From positions 108,874,001 to 108,938,000 of the forward strand of contig CM059431.1 in the NCBI GenBank assembly GCA_030390025.1: a stretch of DNA of 64,000 nucleotides, given 5' to 3'. The position numbers and the translations under genes are program-made. This DNA comes from Squalus acanthias. Lineage: Eukaryota. Positions 38,691-50,770 of this stretch are shown here, piece by piece (positions within the stretch are counted from its first letter, which is position 1; every line of letters starts with the position of its first letter). The notes under the pieces were generated by a model, which saw nothing but the letters and a program-made list of their open reading frames with translations, did no database searches and was not told the origin of the DNA.

Positions 38691-41600
38691 TCCTATGTTC
38701 CATGTACATGTCCTGAGTTTGGTCCACAGTTGAACTTGAGGTCAGGCCAATTCATCTAAAGAATATTTCATCTTCAATACTGACAATCTTTGTGAAGAAC
38801 ATACAAAACAGCTCAATGAAACAGATAAAGCAACTGAACTACTGATGTATTTTATGATGAGACAAATGGCACTCACTTCAAAAAGGATAATTCTACACTG
38901 CCTCTCAGTTTCTGAAGGGGCGCTCCCAAAGTAATTGGTGGGCCAAAGCCAGGATCATGCTCACCAGGAACATTCACTGTTGACCAGGGCAAACTTTCCA
39001 GGGTCAGATCAGAAGGACGGTCCTGTAAATAGCGAGGGCCCATGCCACTGGGTGTGTATCTCAGGCACACACCGTATAAGCTGGAGGTTCAGTGCCTTGG
39101 GTGGAGTTGGGGGGGGAGGGGGGGATGGGGGTGGGGGGGAGCAGATGATCAGCGAGGGTTGTCAAGGCTCCCCAGAAATGAGGAATACTTGCCTCTTTCT
39201 TTTGTAAGGAGGCAGCTTTAAACGTTGTTAAAAATTGATGGCAAATCTTGGAGGGGACACAGGCCACGATCCCAGCCTGAACTTTCAGGTGGTCCTCAAG
39301 TCCACTGCTGGGCCAGTCGGTATGCCTGGTCTCACCAGACGTATCTGTGGTGGCCACACGTTGGATCACTTTGAGCATTGAGATTGTGGGGACGCCTAAT
39401 GCAGGGAGATCCTAGCCCCGGCCCTGGCTCCAACCCACCCTCGCAGCTCCTGACGACGGTCTTGTAAGGAGTAGCAGAGGCTTCACCCCAAGTAGGCCAT
39501 TCCAGAAAGTTTGCTGCAAGGTCAAGACCTGGTGTATACATGACCTGGCTTTGATTCTAGCCATACTCCTAACGTGGTTACTACTGCTGCCATAGTTACT
39601 ACTCCTGCTGTAACCTCGCCCGAACGGCCGCAGTTAATCAGGCCCGTACAACCCTTTAAAATGTTTTCCTTACACACATTCCAAGCAACGATGGAACTCG
39701 GCAGGTATGCAGCCTTTATTACAGAAGCATGTTAGTAGCTCCCACTTGTGTAGAATTTATGTCATATTTGTCGGGACTTGTATCTGATTTCCTATTTCTT
39801 AAATATTCTCATGTTTTTCTCATAGAAGTGAGAAGTTGTTTTTTTTAAACTAAAAGGGAGAGCCACATGCACCTTTCAAGCCTTTCCCTTCAAAAGAGAC
39901 ATAAATTAACTGAGTGCAGTAAAGGAGGATAAGCACTGTATTCATTTATAATAAATATGTCATAAATAAGGTATATATGAGCTCAAAGCAAAGTTAGATT
40001 TCGGTACAAAATTGACAATATATTATTAATACTTCTTACATAAAATAATTAATGAAACAAGTTCTTTTGTCTATCTTTAGCGTACTATTGTAAAGTGTTC
40101 TTGTATACCATATGTTAAATGCAATGCGAAAATGTCAGTACTATAAATGATTGATGTTACCCTTTAACAGACTCCAGCTCACTTTGATTATTCATCTTTT
40201 ATGTGGGCGTTGTCCCTTCTGGAAAGGAGCAGTGAAAACCAGCTCACCTACTTTAATCTGAACCATCAGGTTATTTTTTTTTTACGGTTTCTATTATTTA
40301 TATATGTTTGTGCACATTCTGTTTGAGAAGCATCAGTGTGCAGATGTGTCTGTAGCAACCAGCTCGCAGTCTACTCCGCCCAGCCCATATGGTGAGCTCA
40401 GCTTGGTCCAGGCTCTGCCCCTCTCTTTTTCCACCCACTCCATATGGCAAGCTAAGGCTGGCCGGGGTCCTGCTTCCACTACCAGGGCCATATGGCACGG
40501 CCAGCTCAGCGAGCACTCATTTACCTTGCATTAATATCTTATCCTTTCTGCACAGTATGCCGCAAGTTCTGGCACAGAAGTTCAAGTTCAGAACAGTAAG
40601 CATCTATTCTTAACCACAAAATCTTAATGTTGCTTTCTTGTTACCAGCTCAAAATGGTACCGTCTGCACAAGGTCATCTCATTTTTCCTTTTGTACATTT
40701 TTGCCTTTTTTTAAACAGTAAAGTTACATACTTTGTTACAAGCACTCACACAATTTGAAGCTGGGAATACCTTGAACAACTATTTGCTTTTCTGCAATCC
40801 TAACACTCAAACTAGATCAAGAACCAAGAGAAATAGACTGATTCTGTCTGGGATAGAAACAGTAAATGGCGTAGATCCTGCAAAGAATTGCTCAGTTTCA
40901 CAAAGGAAACCTTAGCCCTCTAAAGCAGTTTAGTCTTTCTAATGAATACATTCTAATCTATGCAGACATTGTATTTATCTTTCCTCAGTCCTGTATCAGG
41001 TTAAGAGATACACCAAGCTTCATACAAATGATTTTTTTTTCCAGCTTTACAGTAATTTAATCTCAAGACAATGGGTTTGAATCACAAATATCATAAAAGT
41101 AGAACAAGCAAAACTATAGACTGCACACCATGAAGAAAATCTCTGTAAATTTCCTTTTTTAAGCAATGCATTAAAAAAAATCTCCAATACACAGAGGTTA
41201 AACTGTGACACAAAAGGATACAAGCGACACATTTTAAATCATGAACAACATGTCAAAGGAGTTCAGAATTAAAAATTAAGATTAGCTCGGGCCAAAACTC
41301 AAAGGTCAAATACCTTTTTTTTAAAAAAAAGAAAATCTATTCCTCCGGTAAGGCTAAGTAATGACATCATATCCCATCCATCAATTTTCACAGTTGTACA
41401 TCTGCCATCTGTTCCGTCTGCAATAATAACTGTCTACACACACACACACACACACATACACACACACACAAACGTCCACAAGGTAACAATCTGCACAAAG
41501 CCAACGGGTTCTTAAGTTACATTCTAAAGCCTGCAACATTAGAACCCCGCTTACACTGCAAACCAAATTATACAGAAAAATACTGCGGCTCCCGATCTAC

Positions 41601-41842
41601 AGGATGCCTGCCAAACAGTGGCAACAGCTGGTGCCACGTTAATTAGTTTATACTATTTATTCCATGTATTTCTACAGCAGATTGAGTGAAAACATTGGAG
41701 ATAATCCCAGCATCTGCACATACACTGTAAGCATTTAGTTACCAGTCCTAGAATATCAGTCTTTGACTAAAATGGGATTTAAGGGGCAAGACTGCATCCC
41801 TTTAAGAGCTAAAAAAAAAAGTAAGGTGCCATTGAAATCATT

Positions 41843-41970
41843 AAAACAAATTCAGAACTCCTTTATATTTTTATCCATCGAAATATATTTAAAAAAACAA
41901 ATTCAGAATTTTCTTATTTATATTTTGATCAATAGATACATATTTAACAAAATACAAATTCAGAACTCGA
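41843..41970 (+). repeat. Degenerate ~55-bp tandem repeat (ACAAATTCAGAA... x3)
   Basis: ACAAATTCAGAA recurs at ~41846, ~41897 and ~41954, with similar AT-rich sequence after the first two. Confidence 0.7.
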
Positions 41971-42053
41971 TATATAATATATATATATATTATAATTTAT
42001 AATATAATACATAAATATATAATAAATATATAAAATATAAATATAATATATAT

Positions 42054-42129
42054 AAATATTTTATTTATATTTTGCTGACTATATATATATATATATATAT
42101 ATAGTCAGCAAAATATAAATAAAATATTT
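42054..42129. repeat. Perfect 76-bp AT-rich palindrome
   Basis: 27-bp arms AAATATTTTATTTATATTTTGCTGACT / AGTCAGCAAAATATAAATAAAATATTT around (AT)11. Confidence 0.95.
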
Positions 42130-44142
42130 GTTATATTTAATATATTATTTGAGCTGGTTTTCATTACATAGATTTGATATTTTAATCACATTCAACAATC
42201 GCAGCCTGCTGCTATGAGGTCTGGTTAGCTGAGGTACCTGGAGGTATACGTGGGCTGCATTTCCTCAATATTACTGATGCTGTACTTCAGAAATGTACAT
42301 TTTGTAAAAGTTGACTTCTTCGCTAAAGCCGCTGACCTCACAAACTCTGTTAAGATGAGGTAGAAGATTGCGAGAAGCCACCGTGTCCCAGTTAGTGCGA
42401 CTGGCATAGCATCACTCTGAAATTACTGATTAGCCTGTCAGTCTCGGGCATGTAGAGAGGTACTCTATTTATCTGACAATTGTTTTAAAAAAAAACCAGA
42501 TTCATGTGTTGTACATCCATTTGTGCAGAATAATGAGGACTTTGATTGTAATTATTTTTCCATTCTCATTCATCTTACCACCATAGACAGCGCTGAATAC
42601 TAACAGGAATCATTTACGTGGTGGGATTTTGTGTGTGCGTGAGAGTACACAGCTTTCACAGTTAATGAACAAGTAATTCTATCTCGCCTGAAGATTCAGT
42701 ATATAGAGCTTATATAAAAATCTATAAAGTGGAATGCTATATTCACCAGTGAAATGCATGGCAAGTGGCTGTTGCCTGCTTTAAACAGTAGGTTTCCTTC
42801 CACCCCATGCTCTTTACACATTCTCAATCGAGGGCGAGCTGTTTAATAGACGGGCAGTTTAAAGCAGAACTGCAATGGTTTATTGTTTAAAAACCTTGGT
42901 TAAAATGAAACCGAGCTGTCTTGAATTGATAGTCGGTCCATTTTTTTTTTTGCCAGTGCCAACTTCTCCCTTACAATTTTAAGTTAGCGATTAATTATAC
43001 AAACAGTTCAATCTTCTGGGAAAGTTAATTATTAAAGTCAAGCAGCTGCCATCAAAAAAAAAAGTTCTCCTTCTGTTCCGGCTGAAGTGAGTGTATTTGT
43101 TCCCCTCATTGCTTTAAGAACAGAAGATTCTATGCTGGCAATCCAGCGAGTTGTGTGCATGTTTATTTGACCATCAGTTTGCAATTATTGAGCGCCACTT
43201 AATTATAGCAACAGATGCTTGAGTGTAGGAACCAGAAAAATCAAACGCCTCATTTCCAGGTTATTTTTTTTTCCATCGCTTCTGCCAACAACAGATGTGA
43301 CAACCCTCCGGGTGCTCTACAGTAAATACTTATCAAATCCTAACAGGTCACCTGTGTCACAAACAACATTTCAGCCGCAACTCTTTCACCTGATAATAGG
43401 CTGCAAAATAAAAAAAAAAAAATGGAGAGTCGTAAATACAATATATTCAGAATGAAATGCCATAATGTGAAATTGCTTTTTCTCTGGTTACAACGGGGGG
43501 CCCCCGACAGTTCTTGGCATTGATAAATAACCTTCGGATTAATTGTCTCCACTCTCATTGTGAGGTTTACTGTTAAAAGGGCCAGTCAAAGAAAGAATGA
43601 CTCAATGTATAAACTTTGGCAAGCGACAATGAAAAAACCTGTCACGGCTAACACATAGCAAACCATTGTGGGGCTAAAATACATCTCAATGCTGTGGTTA
43701 GTATCTTTGTACTGGAAGGCTCTGGGATTCCAATGTCTACTGCGTGATGCGTCACTATCCCCATATAGCTGTGTAGTTCTCAGTTATTATATTTCTAGAT
43801 TGTTAGTGGATGCCATTAACTATGGCACTTCTTTGAGCTGCAGTTAACCCTTTCAGTATGTCATTTTCGGTTTACAGATCGTGCAGCCTTTTCTTTCAGA
43901 ACCTCTGCTACCGAATGCCATGTGCTAATTCCGTAGAACCGTCAAGCGATTCTTTAAAGGGCCCTCTTGTCTTGCTTCCTAAGATTGCTATGTGGTCAGA
44001 AATGTTAAATTGCAACGCCGTTCATCTCTGATGTTGGTTACCATCTCGCACCTGAAATCTACAGTGACCATTTTTTTGCAGTCCACAACGGAATGAATCA
44101 CAGTGTGGCCCAATAACCAGGGCAGCGGAATGCAGAGTCTTA

Positions 44143-44710
44143 GGGGGAAAAATTCAGTTGATTTGCGCCTCCCGTTAGCGCCCCTAAGAGGGCGCAAAGC
44201 AACTAGTGCCCAGGCGCGGTGCCGCCAACGCCTCCCGTAAAATTCAGCGGGAGGTTAGCGGCGGTGGTAACCGTTAGCGCCCCGTGGTGCTGCGCCTCCG
44301 CCGATGACATCATCGCCGTGCGCAGCTCTCCGGCCGCGATCTTCGGTAGCGCCCCCTGACTTACCGCCGGACGTTATGTCCGACAGGGTCAGGGGGGCGT
44401 ACGTGCGGCCGGGGCGGCACAAATTAAAGGGGAGGTGCCGGGCGGCCATTTTTGTTGCTGGCCGCCTGCCAGCACCTGCCCCCCGTTGCTGTCCCCGGCC
44501 TCCTGTGAAGCCCCCCCGTTGGGTGTCGGCTGCGCTTTAATAAGGGGAGGAAGGCCTGCAGTACCGCGGCAAGACGTGCCGCAGCGCCCCAAGAGGAGGG
44601 GGAGCGCTTCCAGTAGCGCCCCACCTCCCTCTTGGGGCGCTACCGGTGAATAAAAGTAGTGCCCCGGCGAAGTTAGCGCCCCAAAGGGGGCACGACCCAA
44701 TTTTGCCCCC
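44143..44710 (-). mobile_element. CpG-rich MITE family A, copy 3 (inverted)
   Basis: TIRs GGGGGAAAAATT / AATTTTGCCCCC; flanks TTA / TAA. Confidence 0.88.
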
Positions 44711-46509
44711 TAAATCTGTTGTCTCCTACATCCAAGAAACCTGGCCAACTTTTGGTGGTTTCTGGGTTACACACGGCATGGAACCGTGCAGAGCCGAGCG
44801 TGTTGCTGCAAAGCAGGCAGCGTGTCCAGTTCTCTGCTGGCACCCACGTATACCCACTTCTTACTCCAGGCTAGTTATGTGGAATCGGCGTCATTATAAC
44901 ACAACTTGTCAGCGTTCTGATACCATCCTCAAGTTGCGAAGATGACGGTGAAATACGAATTTTATTGCAGTTTCTCCAGCCCTTCCAAGGACTACTTGCT
45001 TCACACCACAGCGAGTTAGAAATTTACAGCTTCATTTAAATGGTACAGTTGGGCAACAGCAGATGTTGTGACCGTTTGATTAACACATTCTTCAAAGTGC
45101 ATTTTGTGTAACCGGCCATTTCAAATTGCAGCGAAAGCCATGAAGTCAGCTCCACTAAAGGACACAATCAGAATTTGCAGCGCAGATCAATGTGCATACA
45201 ATGCCAATAATGCCTTGCTTCGCGATTCGACCCAAAGGCAGTGGGCAACTAAAAAAATGTAAAGTAACCTCAGCCTCAGCTCACACTGTCCTTAACAAGC
45301 CTACCTGTTCCCTTCTCTCCAGTTAATCAAACTAAAAACGTTTCAGTCCCTCGCACTGCCATCATTCACCAGGACGAGCAACAACAAAAAAAATCAGCAG
45401 CAGAATAAATAAAAGGAAAGGATTGAACCATTCCTCTGAGACAGAAGGTCAGCAAGTAGCAATGCTGAGTTTAAAGCCAGTAGAAAAGACAGATAATGCT
45501 GATAAAAAAAAATCAAGCCAGTATTGAGAGACTGGTTAAAAAGTGCCTACTGGGTCCAACAGAACATATGGGGGCCGATATATTTGCATGTGAACAGGCA
45601 GAGCATCTCGGGGAAGGGAGAGGGGGGTCATACAAACCATCTCAGGATGTGTTATTTTTCCATTCACTACATTTAGAGATTAAATGACAGGCTGCACAAG
45701 CACATTTGCAGTGCTCGAGAAGGTGAGAGGATAATCGGCAAAATGCAGTGGTCCGTGTTTCTTAAATGCTATAGAAAACATTACAGTGCCGCAGCAGAAA
45801 ATTAGCGACGTGACTTTAAAAGCTGACATTTAGCATGACTTTTCAGAAAGTGACACCCTCATATTTTCTTGGAGGGTATCATTAAATTCCAACCGCCCTA
45901 TGGCAGTGCCTTTCCATTAATAACCAATTCACGGTGTCACTTTGGCGCTACTTTGAAATAATGAGCCTTTGCTTCTCTTTAATAAATTTAAACATATTCT
46001 CAAGGCCACAAAAGATAGGAAATCACAGATGGGCTGCAAAAAAAAAAAAAAAACATGTTTCATAAATCCTTGACTGCCCGAGCTCATTCGGAGTGAAACA
46101 AAGTAAGACTCGTAAAATATTAAAGAATCCCAGCTGTACCAGTGTGCCTTCATTAACAAAAAAAAAGCCTATTTACTGCCTGTGACAGTGCCTGTGGGTG
46201 GAAAGTTTCAGTTTAATCAATTCAACGGACCCCACCACCTGCCCGCCCCTCCATTTCAGAAATATAGGATCAGGTTGTGATCGTCAGTCCATTGAACCGC
46301 TGGTATCCGTTTATTGTTTTTGTCACCAGATCTACAAGCCCTGCCATTAGAAATAAAAATACATGGAACCCATCAATAAATCACTGATTTAAATTTACAT
46401 CATTAAGTGCAATGAACATCAGTAATGATATTGATCTACACAAGAGGCCTCTCTCTGTAGGCATTCATTTATCGTGTGTGTTATAACCATTGTTCCTCAC
46501 AAGGCAATA

Positions 46510-46692
46510 GCAAAATACTGCGGATGCTGGAAATCTGAAATAACAACAGAAAATGCTGGAAACACTCAGCAGGCCAGACAGCATCCGTGGAGAGAGAAAC
46601 AGAGTTAACGTTTCAGGTCGATGACTCTGTTTCTCTCTCCACTGATGCTGCCTGGCCTGCTGAGTGTTTCCAGCATTTTCTGTTGTTATTTC
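46510..46692. mobile_element. Penelope-like pseudo-LTR fold-back remnant
   Basis: 69-bp inverted arms 46537-46605 / 46624-46692 (AAATGCTGGAAACACTCAGCAGG...GAGAGAGAAACAGAGT), typical of shark Penelope termini. Confidence 0.7.
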
Positions 46693-47628
46693 CTCAAAAG
46701 GCAAGCCTGTTGTTGGAAGGATTGGCGTTTGACAAAGGCAGGAAAGTAGCACACAAACTTTCTCTTCACGCCAAGGGATAATAGTCTTGGTTTCAAAGAA
46801 ATGCAAACTTGCTGCCTGCCATTTTGTTTGGTACTTGATTTGAAATGCAGGCTATTGCAATAGCAAGGCTTTAAGTATTAATTTTTCATTTTTGTGGCTG
46901 AGGGATATATTTCTGCTGATCAAGGAGAGAGGATGTCCAGGCCGTAGAATGGAAAAGTTTTCTCACTTTTTACACCAGGTGTCAGCATCAAGCACTTACA
47001 GATGAGGTGCAGGACAAACTAAATGCAGAGTAAAACTGAGGAGTCTGCCTGTTACAAGTTTCAGATCTGCCTTAGATACTTTCTCAAATACAATGGTGCT
47101 GGTCACTCCTGTAACTGGCCTGGCCTTCTTATGTTCAGTGTGCCCGTACTGCCCAATATATAATTATACAATAGTGTAACCCGGGGTGTAACAATAGGAA
47201 CCCCAAGTGTGATCTGAACTGGATATTGTGCCTTTTGCCCGTGCCGTCATATGCCCTTCCCAAATCTTTGTGAAAGAAAATTGAAATACTCAGTGAGACA
47301 AGGCCAGATATGAAAAATATCGATATGAATGATATGAACTAAGCTGCTTTATTTAACAGACAGCAAGTGAACTTATCGAGTAACATGTGTAATCAAACCT
47401 CACTTTGATTGAAGTGACTACAAAGCCCTCCTAGAAAACAAGAAAAGTAATAAAAGCTACACCATCCCTTAGCTTTTCCTGATCGATCTTCTGGATCTGG
47501 ACTTGAAATAAGTGAGTTGCCCTTCACTAGGCCAGGCTTCTACCCCAGACCTAATTGGATCACTCTCTTGCCCTCTGTCCTCCTCTTCTCTGTGGCCCTC
47601 GCAAATGGGAAGACAGTCTCTCTAATTT

Positions 47629-50600
47629 CAACAACAACAACAACTTACATTTATATAATGCATTTAATGTAGTAAAACATCCCAAGGCACTTAAGAGCAA
47701 TATCAATAAAAACATTGTTTGGCACCGAGCCACAGAAGGAGATACCAGGACAGATGACCAAAAGCTTGGTCAAAGAGACATGGTTGAGGGAGGGGCAGGA
47801 CTGGCAGCTCAATATTCCGGGGTATAGAATCTTCAGGCGAGACAGAGGGGGGTGTAAAAGAGGAGGGGCTGTCGCAATATTAATCAAGGAGTCAATTACT
47901 GCTGTAAGCAGGGATGATATCTTAGCAGGATCCTCTAATGAGGCCATATGGGTAGAACTTAAAAACAAAAAGGGGGCAAGCACTTTGCTGGGAGTGTACT
48001 ACAGGCCCCCAAACAGTCAGGGGGAGATAGAGGAACAGATATGTAGGCAAATCTCAGAGAAGTGTAGAAATAATAGGGTAATAATAGTAGGGGATTTCAA
48101 CTTCCCCAATATTAACTGGGATAGTCAGAGTGTGAAAGGCTTAGAGGATGCGGAATTCTTAAAGTGCATCCAGGAGAGCTTTTTGAGCCAGCATGTAGAA
48201 AGTCCTACAAGAAAGGAGGCGGTACTGGACCTAATTCTAGGGAATGCAGCCGGGCAAATGGTAGAAGTGTCAGTAGGAGAGCATTTTGGTGACAGTGACC
48301 ATAATTCGGTGAGATTTAAGGTAGTCATGAAAAAGGACAAAGATGGACCGGAAATAAAGGTTCTAAATTGGGGGAAGGCCGATTTTAATATGATAAGGCA
48401 GGATCTGGCCAAAGTGGACTGGGATCAGCTACTTGTGGGAAAATCCACATCAGAGCAGTGGGAGTCTTTCAGAAAGGAAATAGAGAGAGTACAATGCCAA
48501 CATGTTCCCGTAAAGGTCAAGGGTGGGACCAACAAGCCCAGGGAACCCTGGATGTCAAGGGATATACAAGAATGGATTCGGAAAAAAAGGGAGGCTTTTG
48601 GCAGATACAAAGGACTAAAAACAGTGGAAGCCCTAGAGGAGTATAGAAAGTGCAGGGGGGTACTTAAAAAAGAAATTAGGAGAGCAAAGAGGGGGCATGA
48701 AAAAATACTGGCGGGCAAAATAAAGGAAAATCCCAAGGTGTTTTATAAGTATATTAAGGGCAAGAGGATAACCAGGGAAAGAGTAGGGCCCATTAGGGAC
48801 CAAAGTGGCAATCTGTGTGTAGAGCCGGAAGATGTAGGTGAGGTTTTAAATGAATATTTTGCATCTGTGTTCACTATGGAGAAGGGCGATGTAGGCATAG
48901 AAATCAGGCAGGGGGATTGTGATATATTTGAACAAATTAGTATTGAGAGGGAGGAGGTACTAGCGGTTTTAGCGGGCTTAAACGTGGATAAATCCCCAGG
49001 CCCAGACGAGATGTATCCCAGGCTGCTGTGTGAGGCAAGGGAGGAGATTGCAGGGGCTCTGACACAAATTTTCAGAACCTCTCTGGCTACAGGGGAGGTG
49101 CCAGAGGACTGGAGGACAGCTAACATAGTACCATTATTCAAGAAGGGTAGTTGGGATAAACCAGGGAATTACAGGCCAGTGAGCCTAACATCAGTGGTAG
49201 GGAAATTATTGGAAAAAATTCTGAGAGACAGAATTAGTCTCCACTTGGAGAGGCAAGGGTTAATCAAGGATAGTCAGCATGGCTTTGTCAGGGGGAGATC
49301 ATGTCTAACCAATTTGATTGAATTTTTCGAGGAGGTGACTAGGTGTGTGGATGAGGGTAGTGCAGTTGATGTAGTCTACATGGACTTCAGTAAGGCTTTT
49401 GACAAAGTCCCACATGGGAGACTGGTCAAGAAGGTAAGAGCCATGGGATCCAAGGCAATTTGGTACATTGGATCCAAAATTGGCTTAGTGGCAGGAGGCA
49501 GAGGGTGATGATCGAAGGTTGTTTTTGTGACTGGAAGCCTGTGTCCAGTGGTGTACCGCAGGGATCGGTGCTGGGTCCTTTGCTGTTTGTAGTGTACATT
49601 AAAAATTTAGATATGAATGTAGGAGGTATGATCAGTAAGTTCGCAGATGACACGAAAATCGGTGGAGTGGTAAATAGCGAGGAGGGAAGCCTCAGGCTAC
49701 AGGACGATATAGACGGGTTGGTCAGATGGGCAGAACAGTGGCAAATGGAATTTAACCCTGAAAAGTGTGAGGTGATGCATTTTGGGAGGACTAACAAGGC
49801 AAGGAATACACAATGAATGGTAGTTTCCTAGGAAGGACAGAGGATCAGAGGGACCTTGGTGTGCATGTACATAATCCCTGAAGGCAGCACTACAGGTAGA
49901 TAAGGTGGTTAAAAAGGCATATGGAATACTTGCCTTCATTAGCCGAGGCATAGAATATAAGAGCAGGGAGGTTATGATGAGCTGTACAAAACGCTAGTTA
50001 GGCCACAGCTGGAATACTGTGTGCAGTTCTGGTCGCCACACTATAGGAAGGATGTGATTGCATTGGAGAGGGTGCAGAGGAGATTCACCAGGATGTTACC
50101 TGGGCTGGAGCGCTCAGCTATGAAGAGAGACTGGACAGGCTGGGGTTGTTTTCCTTAGAGCAGAGAAGGCTGAGGGGGGACCTGATTGAGGTGTACAAAA
50201 TTATGAGGGGCATAGATAGGGTAGATAGAAAGGAACTTTCCCCCTTAGTAGAGGGGTCAATAACCAGGGGGCATAGTTTCAAGGTAAGATGCAGGAGGTT
50301 TAGAGGGGATTTGAGGAAAAACCTTTTCACCCAGAGGGTGGTTGGAATCTGGAACTCACTGCCTGAAAGGGTGGTAGAGGCAGGAACCCTCACAACATTC
50401 AAGAAGCATTTAGATGAGCACTTGAAACACCATAGCATACAAGGCTACGGAGCAAGTGCTGGAAAATGGGATTAAAATAGACAGGGCTTGATGGCCAATG
50501 CGGATACGATGGGCCGAAGGGCCTCTTTCTGTGCTGTATAACTCTATGACTCTATGAGAGGTACGTTTTAAGCAGCGTCTTAAAGAAGAAGCGAGAGGTA

Positions 50601-50770
50601 AAGAGGCAGAGAGGTTTAAGGAGGAAATCCCAGAGCTTAGGGCTGAGGCAACTGAAAGTACAGCCGCCAATGGTAGAGCTATTAAAATCGGGGATGCGCA
50701 AGAGGCCAGAATTGGAGGAGCCCAGAGATCTCGAAGGCTTGTAGGGCTGGAGGAGGCTACAGAGATAGGA
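47629..50770 (-). mobile_element. L2 3' end split by a CR1 (47629-47777 and 50557-50770)
   Basis: The halves rejoin as CAAAGAG|GTACGTTTTAAG, matching the L2 copy at 12145-12170; AGAG at both junctions. Confidence 0.88.
47778..50556 (+). pseudogene. 5'-truncated CR1 LINE ORF2 (APE endonuclease + reverse transcriptase), frameshifted
   Basis: ETW, YRPP, GDFN, SDH endonuclease motifs; QHGF, DFSKAFD, GVPQGSVLGP, FADD RT motifs; frameshift at ~49441 and several later ones; (ACTCTATG)n tail. Confidence 0.96.

Noticed and set aside
39101..39140. G-quadruplex-type G runs (also ~28195, ~31230, and a C run at ~56640)
   Set aside because: Simple homopolymer runs, common and often inside decayed repeats; no other support.
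40298..40516. 72-aa minus-strand ORF as an alternative dach1 exon
   Set aside because: No convincing acceptor and no similarity to DACH proteins; it begins just after a donor-like GTAAAT.
41843..41970. Repeat-spacer pattern resembling CRISPR
   Set aside because: Eukaryotic intron; spacers resemble each other (tandem duplication) and there are no cas genes.
47715..47777. N-terminal 20 aa of the 597-aa ORF as a novel fusion protein
   Set aside because: Chance in-frame read-through from the antisense L2 flank into a truncated CR1; no ATG start, and the ORF is frameshifted downstream.
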